A stretch of DNA of 64,000 nucleotides from Escherichia coli. GTDB taxonomy: Bacteria > Pseudomonadota > Gammaproteobacteria > Enterobacterales > Enterobacteriaceae. A program made the position numbers and the translations under genes. Positions 52,368 to 61,640 of this stretch are shown piece by piece. The notes below the pieces were generated by a model. The model did not search any database, was not told where the DNA came from, and saw only the letters and a program-made list of their open reading frames with translations. Location: assembly GCF_041886205.1 (NCBI RefSeq), contig NZ_CP169029.1. One strand, written 5' to 3'. Positions within the stretch are counted from its first letter, which is position 1. Each line of letters starts with the position of its first letter.

Positions 52368-55300
52368 TTACGCCTCCTCTTCATGACGGGCAAAGCGGCT
52401 TTTGGTCCACAATGCCAGGCGGTCGAACAGCAGATAAATCACCGGCGTGGTGAACAGCGTCAGCACCTGGCTGACAATCAGGCCGCCGACCATGCCGATA
52501 CCTAACGGACGACGCAGTTCCGCGCCGACCCCGGTACTCAACATCAGCGGCAGCGCGCCAAGCAGAGCCGCCAGGGTGGTCATCAGGATCGGACGAAAAC
52601 GCAACAGACAAGCCTGGTAGATTGCCTCGCGCGGCGACATGCCTTGCTCGCGCTCGGCAGCCAGCGCGAAGTCGATCATCATGATGGCGTTCTTCTTCAC
52701 GATACCGATCAGCAAAATAATGCCGATAATCGCAATCACATCCAGTTCGCTACCAGCAATCAGCAACGCCAGCAGTGCGCCAACCCCTGCGGTGGGTAGC
52801 GTCGAGAGAATGGTGATCGGGTGAATAAAGCTCTCGTACAGAATGCCGAGCACGATATACATCGCCACCACCGCCGCGACAATCAGCCAGACAGTGCTGC
52901 CCAGCGCCGACTGGAAGGCGAGGGTGCTGCCCTGGAACTGCGTGGTGATATCCACCGGCAGATTCAGCGTCTTTTCGGTGTCCATAATCGCCTGCACCGC
53001 ATCGCCCAGCGAATAGTTATCCGGCACGTTAAAGGAGATGGTCGTTACCGGGAACTGATCCAGATGGTTGATGGAGAGCGGCGCAAAACGCTGCTCAATT
53101 TTGGCAATTGAGCTTAGCGGCACCACGCCGCCGTCGCTGCTGGTCAGGCGAATGGTATCCAGCGCCGCGAGGCCTGGGGTATTTTCGGTGTTGTGCTCCA
53201 GCACCACGCGATACTGGTTGGCCTGAGTATAAATAGTGGAAATCAGCCGCTGACCAAACGCGTTGTACAGGGCGTTATCGACATCCGCCATGCTGATCCC
53301 CAGACGGCTGGCGCTGTCGCGATCAACATTGACATACGCCACCAGCCCTTTGTCCTGCCAGTCGCTGGAGACATCAGAAAGCTGTGGCAGTTGCTGGAGT
53401 TTTTCCATCAACTGTGGCACCCAGGTACTGAGCGCATCCAGTGACGTGGCCTGCAAGGTAAACTGGTACTGGGTGCGGCTGACCTGAGTATCAATAGTCA
53501 GATCCTGCGTTGGTTGCAGGAAGAGATCGACGCCCGGCACTTTATCTACCGCCGTTTGCAGACGGGCGATGACTTTTTGCACCCGATCATCACGTTCATC
53601 CAACGGTTTGAGGTTGATTTGTAAACGTGCACTGTTCAGCGACGGGTTAGTGCCATCAACGCCAACAAATGAGGTCAGGCTTTGCACTGCCGGATCCTGC
53701 AAAATCACGTCCGCGACCTGGCGTTGTCGCTGGGCCATATTGGCAAAGGAGCTGGATTGCGGTGCCTGCAAAGTGCCCTGAATAATGCCATTGTCCTGTA
53801 CCGGGAAGAAACCTTTCGGAATGAACACCCACAGCAGCACGCTAAGCAGCAGCGTGCTGAGTGCCACGCTTAAGGTCAGCCACGGATGATTCAGCACTTT
53901 CGCCAGTCCACGACCATAGGCGGCGATTATCCTGTCGAACATTTTTTCCGAGGCACGGGAGAAGCGGTTCTGTTTACGCAACGACTCCTGGCTGAGCATC
54001 CGCGCGCACATCATCGGTGTCAGGGTCAGCGACACCACCGCTGAGATCAAAATCGCTACCGCCAGGGTAATAGCAAATTCGCGGAACAGTCGCCCGACGA
54101 TATCGCCCATAAACAGCAGTGGGATCAACACCGCAATCAGTGAGAAGGTCAGCGAGATAATGGTAAAGCCGATTTCACCTGCGCCCTTGAGCGCCGCCGC
54201 CAACGGTTTTTCGCCTTTTTCGATATAGCGGGAAATGTTTTCGATCACCACGATGGCGTCATCGACCACGAATCCGGTGGCGATAGTTAACGCCATCAGT
54301 GTCAGGTTATTGATTGAAAAATCGAGAAACACCATAACCGCGAAAGTGCCGATTAACGACAGCGGTACAGCAACACCGGGAATGATGGTCGCCGGAATAT
54401 TGCGCAAAAACAGGTAGATAATCATGACTACCAGCGCGATAGCCATCATCAATTCAAACTGAGTATCATCGACGGATGCGCGGATATTGGTGGTGCGATC
54501 GGAAAGCACTGTCACCTTCACCGATTTCGGCAGACTCTCAGTGAGCTGTGGCAGCATCTGCCGAATGCTGTCGGCGGTGGAGATAATGTTAGCACCGGGC
54601 TGGCGCTGAACATTCATCACAATGGCCTGTTCTTTGTTCGCCCACGCGCCGAGCCAGCTGTTTTCTGCACCTTGCTCTACAGTTGCGACATCGCCCAGAC
54701 GAATTGGCGCGCCGTTCTGGTAGGCGATGATTAGCTGGCGATACTCTTCGGCGGATTGCATCTGGTCGTTCGCGGAAAGCGTGACCGCACGGGAAGGGCC
54801 GTCGAGGCTACCTTTTGCCGAGTTAACGTTAGCGCCGGTAATGGCGGTGCGCACGGTTTCGCTGGTCAGGCCGAGGGCGGCAATCGCCTGAGCGTTAAGT
54901 TTGACGCGAACAGCCGGACGCTGACCGCCGGAAAGCGTCACCAGGCCGACGCCGGAAATCTGCGAGATTTTCTGCGCGACGCGGGTTTCCACCATATCTT
55001 CCACTTGCGTCATCGGCATGGCGGTTGAGGTGACGGCGAGCGTCATGATCGGCGGATCTGCCGGGTTCACTTTGCTGTAAACCGGCGGGTTAGGCAGATC
55101 GCTCGGCAACAAGTTGGTCGCAGCGTTAATCGCGGCCTGCACTTCCTGCTCGGCGACATCGAGCGGTAATGTTAGCTGGAACTGCAAAGTGATAACTGAC
55201 GCACCGCCGGAACTTTGCGACGACATCTGTTTCAGGCCAGACATCTGCCCGAACTGGCGTTCTAGCGGCGCGGTAACGGCAGAGGTCATGACATCCGGGC

Positions 55301-55490
55301 TGGCACCTGGGTAGAGCGTGACCACCTGAATGGTCGGATAGTCCACTTCCGGCAGCGCCGAAACGGGCAGGGCGCGATAACCGATAATCCCGGCGAGTAA
55401 GATCGCCACCATCAGCAGCGTGGTGGCCACAGGACGCATAATAAACAGGCGCGACGGGCCGCCTGTGCTGCTCGGGGGTAACACCTGCAT
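52368..55490 (-). CDS. mdtB: RND efflux pump subunit MdtB
   Basis: 1040-aa RND permease. Its start shares 1 nt with the mdtA stop (TGATG). Confidence 0.95.
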
Positions 55491-56737
55491 CAGGAGCGTG
55501 CTCCTTTTTTCGCGTATTCGCGGCTGGTGGCTTTCTCTTCCGGAGTAGTGGCGCTCTGGGCTTCCACCACTTCCACTTTCGCCCCTTCGGTCAGGCGATC
55601 AATGCCGTCTGTCACCACGCGATCGCCCGCAGAAATACCTGCACGGATCACCACTTTCTGACTGTCCTGAATGCCCGGCGTCACCAGATGTTTGCTGACC
55701 TTGTTTTCGCTATTCAGCACCCAGACAAAATGGCCTTCATTGCCCATTTGCAGGGCGGCTGTTGGGATCACTACGGCGTTTTGTTCGGTGTCGACTAACA
55801 TGCGCGCGTTAACAAACTGATTGGGAAACAGCGCATCATCCTGATTATTAAAGCGTGCTTTCACTTTAATCGTACCGGTAGTGGCATCGATTTGGTTATC
55901 TAGACTTAACAGCGTGCCTTCACTTAATTTCTTCGAGTTGGTGCGATCCCAGGCTTCTACCACCAGCGGTTTTCCGGCTTTCTGCGCCTGCACTACGGTA
56001 GCGATATCGCTTTCCGGCAGGGTAAAGACTAAATCGATAGGATGCGTCTGGGTGATCACCACGATCCCGGTGGTATCACCACTGGAGATTTGGTTACCAA
56101 CATCAACCTGCTTGAGACCAACGCGACCATCGACTGGTGCGGTAATCCGGCTCCAGTCGAGTTGCAGCTGCGCGCTGGCAACGCTTGCTTCATCAGCCTT
56201 AATGGTGCCTTCGGTTTCACTGACCAGCGCCTGTTGGGCATCCAGCTCCTGGCGGGAAACGAGATTGGTTTTTGCCAGTTGTTGATAACGCGCCAGGTCA
56301 CGGCGGGCGTTGGCAAGCGTGGCTTTATCTTTTGCCAGTTGGCCCTGGGCTTGTGCTAATGCAACTTTGAACTGGCTGGGGTCAATTTCTGCCAGTAAAT
56401 CGCCTGCTTTGACCTGCTGGCCTTCCTGGAAATGTAACGCTATCAGTTGGCCGTCCACGCGGCTGCGCACCGTAACGGTATTAGCGGCGGTAATGGTGCC
56501 AAGCCCGGTGAGGTAACGCGGAACTGCCTGTTCTACGGCGGTCGCCGCCTGAACCGGGGCTAATGGGCCGGAACGCATACCACGTCGACCACCCGCTGGC
56601 GATTGCTGCGCTTGTTTCGTCGCCCCTGGGGCTGCACTCCGGGAGTCATTGCGGCCTTGCCAGAACCAGAATGCGGCGATGGCGGCGATAACCACCACGA
56701 TTACGATTACCCAACGGGATTTATAACTACCTTTCAT
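55490..56737 (-). CDS. mdtA: RND membrane-fusion protein MdtA (415 aa)
   Basis: ORF 55490..56884. The start is taken at [23 protein letters not shown]. Confidence 0.93.
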   Translation of the reverse strand: MKGSYKSRWVIVIVVVIAAIAAFWFWQGRNDSRSAAPGATKQAQQSPAGGRRGMRSGPLAPVQAATAVEQAVPRYLTGLGTITAANTVTVRSRVDGQLIALHFQEGQQVKAGDLLAEIDPSQFKVALAQAQGQLAKDKATLANARRDLARYQQLAKTNLVSRQELDAQQALVSETEGTIKADEASVASAQLQLDWSRITAPVDGRVGLKQVDVGNQISSGDTTGIVVITQTHPIDLVFTLPESDIATVVQAQKAGKPLVVEAWDRTNSKKLSEGTLLSLDNQIDATTGTIKVKARFNNQDDALFPNQFVNARMLVDTEQNAVVIPTAALQMGNEGHFVWVLNSENKVSKHLVTPGIQDSQKVVIRAGISAGDRVVTDGIDRLTEGAKVEVVEAQSATTPEEKATSREYAKKGARS

Positions 56738-56790
56738 CGTTAAGAGTTTCTCTTCCTGAAACGTTTCGCGGAATGATACTAGTGTAGCCA

Positions 56791-56808
56791 GCCAATAAGG
56801 GAGAAAAA
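56791..56808 (-). promoter_or_regulatory. BaeR-box-like sequence upstream of mdtA
   Basis: The minus strand reads TTTTTCTCCCTTATTGGC. This is close to the BaeR consensus TTTTTCTCCATDATTGGC as I recall it. It lies about 55-70 nt upstream of the mdtA ATG. Confidence 0.6.
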
Positions 56809-56971
56809 TGGAGGAATTATGAAACACTGTCTGGAATCGTCTGAATGACGGGCACATTTGCGAGCACGCATCCAGTAATAACACAGGAAACTATTTTATC
56901 TACGCGTTAGCGATAGACTGCTTGCATGGCGAAAGGAGGTAAGCCGACGATTTCAGCGGGACGCTGAAACG

Positions 56972-57108
56972 GGAAAGCCCCTCCCGAGGAAGGGGCCATA
57001 AATAAGGAAAGGGTCATGATGAAGCTACTCATCATCGTGGTGCTCTTAGTCATAAGCTTCCCCGCTTACTAAGACTACCAGGGCGGGGGAAACCCCGCTC
57101 TACCCTCA
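56972..57108 (-). ncRNA. Sib antisense antitoxin sRNA, copy 1 (ends approximate, +/-10 nt)
   Basis: Minus-strand promoter: TTGACA (57143-57138), a 17-nt spacer, TACTTT (57120-57115). The terminator hairpin GCCCCTTCC/GGGAGGGGC (56977-56996) is followed by TTTCCC. It is fully antisense to the ibs ORF. Confidence 0.7.
57016..57072 (+). CDS. ibsB: Ibs-family hydrophobic toxin peptide, MMKLLIIVVLLVISFPAY (18 aa)
   Basis: A short ORF with AAGG upstream. Its sequence equals the recalled IbsB-type peptide. Assigning A/B symbols within a 4-copy array is arbitrary. Confidence 0.8.
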   Translation: MMKLLIIVVLLVISFPAY

Positions 57109-57299
57109 CTCCTGAAAGTATGCCTTCACGATAAGATTGTCAATCCGCAGGCTTTGTAGTCTGCGATCCTGCCAGCAAATATTCTTTGCGAGTCGTTACG
57201 CAATAATCACAGAGGAAACTATTTTATTCACGCGTTAGCGATAGACTGCATTCAGGGCGAAAGGAGGTAAGCCGATGATTTCAGCGGGACGCTGAAACG

Positions 57300-57437
57300 G
57301 GAAAGCCTCTCCCGGAGAAGAGGGCTTTTAATAAGGAAAGGGTTATGATGAAGCTACTCATCATCGTGGTGCTCTTAGTGATTAGCTACCCAGCATACTA
57401 AGACTACCAGGGCGGGGGAAACCCCGCTCTACCCTCA
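57300..57437 (-). ncRNA. Sib antisense sRNA, copy 2 (ends approximate)
   Basis: TTGACA (57472-57467), 17 nt, TACTTT (57449-57444). The terminator hairpin is a variant with a bulge (AGCCTCTCCCGGAGAAGAGGGCT). Confidence 0.65.
57345..57401 (+). CDS. Ibs-family toxin peptide, MMKLLIIVVLLVISYPAY
   Basis: The equivalent ORF in repeat unit 2. Confidence 0.75.
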   Translation: MMKLLIIVVLLVISYPAY

Positions 57438-57628
57438 TTCCTGAAAGTATGCCTTCACGGTCAGATTGTCAATCTGCAGGCTTTGCAGTCTGCGATCCTG
57501 CCAGCAAATATTCTTTGCGAGACGTTACGCAATAATCACACTGGAAACTATTTTATCCGCAAGTCAGCGATAGACTGCATACAGGGCGAAAGGAGGTAAG
57601 CCGACGATTTCAGCGGGACGCTGAAACG

Positions 57629-57765
57629 GGAAAGCCCCTCCCGAGGAAGGGGCCATAAATAAGGAATGGGTCATGATGAAGTGGATCATCATCGTGGTGC
57701 TCTTAGTCATAAGCTTCCCGGCTTACTAAGACTACCAGGGCGGGGGAAACCCCGCTCTACCCTCA
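57629..57765 (-). ncRNA. Sib antisense sRNA, copy 3 (ends approximate)
   Basis: Same promoter and terminator architecture as copy 1 (-10 at 57772-57777 on the plus-strand coordinate). Confidence 0.65.
57673..57729 (+). CDS. Ibs-family toxin peptide, MMKWIIIVVLLVISFPAY
   Basis: The equivalent ORF in repeat unit 3. Confidence 0.75.
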   Translation: MMKWIIIVVLLVISFPAY

Positions 57766-57956
57766 CTCCTGAAAGTATGCCTTCACGGTCAGATTGTCAA
57801 TCCGCAGGCTTTGTAGTCTGCGATCCTGCCAGCAAATATTCTTTGCGAGTCGTTACGCAATAATCACACTTGAAACTATTTTATCCGCAAGTCAACGATA
57901 GACTGCATACAGGGCGAAAGGAGGTAAGCCGACGATTTCAGCGGGACGCTGAAACG

Positions 57957-58093
57957 GGAAAGCCCCTCCCGAAGAAGGGGCATTAAATAAGGAAAGGGTC
58001 ATGATGAAGATACTCATCATCGTGGTGCTCTTAGTGATTAGCTACCCAGCATACTAAGACTACCAGGGCGGGGGAAACCCCGCTCTACCCTCA
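57957..58093 (-). ncRNA. Sib antisense sRNA, copy 4 (ends approximate)
   Basis: TTGACA, a 17-nt spacer and TACTTT are retained even though the flanking repeat sequence diverges here. Confidence 0.65.
58001..58057 (+). CDS. Ibs-family toxin peptide, MMKILIIVVLLVISYPAY
   Basis: The equivalent ORF in repeat unit 4. Confidence 0.75.
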   Translation: MMKILIIVVLLVISYPAY

Positions 58094-58274
58094 CTCCTGA
58101 AAGTATGTCACTCAACCCTTGTTGTCAATCTGTAAGCCCACGTTCTTGCGAGGCGAATAGCAAAATTATCTACGCCGCCGGGCCTAATTCTGAAAGTTTC
58201 TTCGTTTGCTCTTATTTCATTATTGCAGTCGGTATGATACCGGACCTCAATAATTCTCTAAGAAAGGATTTCTT

Positions 58275-58934
58275 ATGAGCGAACAAATCACGTTTGCCAC
58301 CAGCGATTTTGCCAGTAACCCGGAACCACGTTGCCCCTGCATTCTGCTGCTGGATGTTTCTGGCTCGATGAGCGGCAGACCTATTAATGAACTTAACGCC
58401 GGATTGGTTACCTTTCGCGATGAGCTGCTTGCCGATCCGCTGGCCTTAAAAAGAGTGGAACTCGGTATTGTGACGTTCGGCCCGGTGCATGTGGAACAAC
58501 CCTTTACCAGCGCCGCTAATTTTTTCCCGCCCATCCTGTTTGCCCAGGGCGATACACCAATGGGGGCCGCCATTACCAAAGCCCTGGATATGGTTGAAGA
58601 GCGGAAACGTGAGTATCGTGCAAATGGTATTTCGTATTATCGCCCGTGGATTTTCCTGATCACCGATGGTGCACCAACCGATGAGTGGCAGGCTGCCGCC
58701 AACAAAGTGTTTCAGGGGGAAGAAGATAAGAAGTTTGCTTTCTTTTCCATTGGTGTTCAGGGGGCGGATATGAAGACGCTGGCACAAATCAGCGTTCGTC
58801 AGCCTTTGCCTCTGCAAGGATTACAATTCCGTGAACTGTTTAGCTGGTTATCCAGTTCGCTGCGTTCGGTTTCCCGCTCCACGCCGGGAACGGAAGTTGT
58901 GCTGGAAGCGCCAAAAGGCTGGACGTCAGTGTGA
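58275..58934 (+). CDS. yegL: TerY-like von Willebrand factor A (vWA) domain protein
   Basis: 219 aa with MIDAS residues [11 protein letters not shown] ... GDTPMG ... [10 protein letters not shown]. Its stop overlaps the yegK start (GTGA at 58931). Confidence 0.92.
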   Translation: MSEQITFATSDFASNPEPRCPCILLLDVSGSMSGRPINELNAGLVTFRDELLADPLALKRVELGIVTFGPVHVEQPFTSAANFFPPILFAQGDTPMGAAITKALDMVEERKREYRANGISYYRPWIFLITDGAPTDEWQAAANKVFQGEEDKKFAFFSIGVQGADMKTLAQISVRQPLPLQGLQFRELFSWLSSSLRSVSRSTPGTEVVLEAPKGWTSV

Positions 58935-59692
58935 GCTGGCGTCTGGTTTATGCATCCGTTGTTGGAACGTCGCACATTAGCGCTGATTTACCTTGTCAGG
59001 ATGCCTGCCAGATGCAGGTTGCCTGGCTAAATGACCAGCAGCCATTATTGTCGGTATTTGTCGCTGATGGCGCAGGCAGTGTCTCGCAGGGTGGCGAAGG
59101 CGCGATGCTCGCCGTCAATGAAGCGATGGCTTATATGTCGCAAAAAGTGCAGGGTGGGGAATTGGGGCTTAATGATGTCCTCGCCACGGATATTGTACTG
59201 ACTATTCGTCAGCGACTTTTTGCCGAGGCGGAAGCCAAAGAATTAGCGGTTCGCGATTTTGCCTGCACATTTCTGGGACTGATTTCATCGCCTGACGGCA
59301 CCTTGATTATGCAGATTGGCGATGGCGGCGTGGTGGTGGATTTTGGTCACGGTCTGCAATTGCCGCTTACGCCGATGGTGGGTGAATATGCCAATATGAC
59401 GCATTTCATTAGCGATGAAGATGCTGTTTCCAGACTGGAAACTTTCACCAGCAATGAGCGTGCGCATAAAGTTGCAGCATTTACGGATGGTATTCAGCGA
59501 CTGGCGTTAAATATGCTGGATAATTCTCCGCATGTGCCTTTCTTTACCCCGTTTTTCAATGGACTGGCGGCAGCAACGCAGGAACAACTCGATTTATTAC
59601 CTGAATTGTTAAAGCAGTTTTTGTCCAGCCCGGCGGTAAACGAGCGTACCGATGATGATAAAACGTTGGCACTGGCGCTGTGGTTACCATGA
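58931..59692 (+). CDS. yegK: PP2C-like Ser/Thr protein phosphatase
   Basis: 253 aa with [17 protein letters not shown] and FTDG acidic/metal-binding motifs of the PP2C_2 type. It is recalled as PphC. Confidence 0.9.
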   Translation: MSWRLVYASVVGTSHISADLPCQDACQMQVAWLNDQQPLLSVFVADGAGSVSQGGEGAMLAVNEAMAYMSQKVQGGELGLNDVLATDIVLTIRQRLFAEAEAKELAVRDFACTFLGLISSPDGTLIMQIGDGGVVVDFGHGLQLPLTPMVGEYANMTHFISDEDAVSRLETFTSNERAHKVAAFTDGIQRLALNMLDNSPHVPFFTPFFNGLAAATQEQLDLLPELLKQFLSSPAVNERTDDDKTLALALWLP

Positions 59693-61629
59693 AACCCACT
59701 TTATATACTGCTACTGGTGAGTGCGTTACGCCAGGCCGTGAACTGGGCAAAGGTGGTGAAGGCGCGGTTTATGATATCGAGGAGTTTGTCGATAGCGTCG
59801 CCAAGATTTATCACACGCCGCCACCCGCCTTAAAACAGGACAAACTTGCCTTTATGGCTGCGACAGCTGACGCGCAGTTGTTGAATTATGTCGCCTGGCC
59901 GCAGGCAACGCTTCACGGTGGACGAGGCGGAAAAGTTATCGGTTTTATGATGCCAAAAGTTTCTGGTAAAGAACCGATTCATATGATCTATAGCCCGGCA
60001 CATCGTCGCCAGAGTTACCCTCATTGTGCGTGGGATTTTCTACTCTATGTTGCGCGCAATATTGCTTCATCTTTTGCTACGGTTCACGAGCACGGGCACG
60101 TCGTGGGTGACGTAAACCAGAACAGTTTTATGGTAGGTCGCGACAGCAAAGTGGTACTGATTGATAGCGACTCCTTTCAGATTAACGCCAATGGCACACT
60201 GCATTTATGCGAAGTCGGCGTGTCGCATTTTACGCCGCCAGAGCTACAAACCTTGTCGTCATTTGTCGGCTTTGAACGCACAGAAAATCACGATAATTTT
60301 GGCCTTGCGTTGCTGATTTTTCACGTCTTGTTTGGTGGCCGGCATCCTTATTCTGGTGTGCCGCTTATCTCTGATGCGGGTAATGCGCTGGAGACGGATA
60401 TTACCCATTTCCGTTATGCCTACGCGTCAGATAATCAGCGACGTGGTTTAAAACCGCCGCCACGATCGATTCCGCTATCGATGTTACCGAGTGATGTTGA
60501 AGCCATGTTTCAGCAGGCATTCACGGAAAGTGGCGTGGCAACCGGGCGTCCGACGGCTAAAGCGTGGGTAGCGGCACTTGATTCTCTGCGCCAACAGTTA
60601 AAGAAATGTCCCGTTTCGGCAATGCATGTTTATCCCGCTCATTTGACCGACTGCCCGTGGTGTGCGCTGGATAATCAAGGCGTTATCTATTTTATTGATC
60701 TCGGCGAAGAGGTCATTACCACCAGCGGTGATTTTGTGCTGGCGAAAGTCTGGGCGATGGTGATGGCGTCAGTAGCACCGCCAGCATTGCAATTGCCATT
60801 ACCCGATCATTTCCAACCGACTGGCAGGCCGCTTCCTTTAGGCCTGTTACGGCGCGAATACATCATTCTGATTGAGATCGCACTGTCAGCGTTATCGCTG
60901 TTGCTTTGCGGCCTTCAGGCAGAACCGCGTTATATTATTTTGGTTCCTGTGCTGTCGGCTATCTGGATTATTGGCAGTCTGACAAGCAAAGCGTACAAAG
61001 CAGAAGTTCAGCAACGCCGTGAGGCATTTAATCGCGCGAAAATGGACTATGACCATTTATTCAGCCAGATCCAACAGTTGGGCGGGCTGGAAGGTTTTAT
61101 CGCCAAACGGACGATGCTCGAAAAAATGAAGGACGAAATGCTCGGGTTACCGGAAGAAGAAAAACGTGCTCTGGCAGCACTTCACGACACCGCAAGGAAA
61201 CGGCAGAAGCAGAAGTTTCTGGAGGGATTTTTTATTGATGTTGCCTCTATTCCCGGCGTTGGCCCTGCGCGTAAAGCGGCGTTACGGTCCTTTGGTATTG
61301 AAACAGCAGCGGATGTTACCCGTCGTGGGGTTAAGCAAGTGAAAGGGTTTGGTGATCATCTGACCCAGGCAGTTATCGACTGGAAAGCAAGTTGCGAACG
61401 CCGTTTTGTGTTCAGGCCGAATGAAGCGGTAACGCCAGCAGACAGACAAGCGGTAATGGCGAAAATGACCGCCAAACGACATCGGCTGGAATCGACGTTG
61501 ACTGTCGACGCGACAGAGTTGCAGCGATTCCGCCTTCATGCTCCAGCACGGACCATGCCGTTGATGGAACCGTTACGTCAGGCGGCAGAAAAACTGGCTC
61601 AGGCGCAGGCTGATTTAAGCCGCTGCTGA
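59689..61629 (+). CDS. yegI: Ser/Thr protein kinase with transmembrane and C-terminal helix-hairpin-helix modules
   Basis: ORF 59680..61629 (GTG). I prefer ATG 59689, which overlaps the yegK stop as ATGA. Motifs are the Gly loop GKGGEGAVY, Lys VAKIY, catalytic loop GDVNQNS, DSD (DFG-like) and TPPE (APE-like). Two hydrophobic helices span residues ~393-436. HhH repeats are IPGVGPARKAALRSFGI and VKGFGDHLTQAVIDW. Confidence 0.9.
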   Translation: MKPTLYTATGECVTPGRELGKGGEGAVYDIEEFVDSVAKIYHTPPPALKQDKLAFMAATADAQLLNYVAWPQATLHGGRGGKVIGFMMPKVSGKEPIHMIYSPAHRRQSYPHCAWDFLLYVARNIASSFATVHEHGHVVGDVNQNSFMVGRDSKVVLIDSDSFQINANGTLHLCEVGVSHFTPPELQTLSSFVGFERTENHDNFGLALLIFHVLFGGRHPYSGVPLISDAGNALETDITHFRYAYASDNQRRGLKPPPRSIPLSMLPSDVEAMFQQAFTESGVATGRPTAKAWVAALDSLRQQLKKCPVSAMHVYPAHLTDCPWCALDNQGVIYFIDLGEEVITTSGDFVLAKVWAMVMASVAPPALQLPLPDHFQPTGRPLPLGLLRREYIILIEIALSALSLLLCGLQAEPRYIILVPVLSAIWIIGSLTSKAYKAEVQQRREAFNRAKMDYDHLFSQIQQLGGLEGFIAKRTMLEKMKDEMLGLPEEEKRALAALHDTARKRQKQKFLEGFFIDVASIPGVGPARKAALRSFGIETAADVTRRGVKQVKGFGDHLTQAVIDWKASCERRFVFRPNEAVTPADRQAVMAKMTAKRHRLESTLTVDATELQRFRLHAPARTMPLMEPLRQAAEKLAQAQADLSRC

Positions 61630-61640
61630 GCCATTTTCTT

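Larger units (their letters stand above)
56881..58145. repeat. Four tandem ~328-bp direct repeats, each one ibs/sib type I toxin-antitoxin module
   Basis: Repeat starts (CAC..GGAAACTATTTTAT) are at 56881, 57208, 57537 and 57865. The units are highly similar throughout. Homology decays after about 58107 in the last unit. Confidence 0.9.

Noticed and set aside
56738-56884. The 49-codon N-terminal extension of the mdtA ORF.
   Set aside because: The extension runs through the promoter and BaeR-box region. [16 protein letters not shown] (membrane anchor) at 56737 is the sensible start.
56881-58145. I considered whether the regularly spaced repeats could be a CRISPR array.
   Set aside because: The period is about 328 bp and the whole unit is repeated. 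There are no short repeats alternating with unique spacers and no cas genes. The units are ibs/sib toxin-antitoxin modules.
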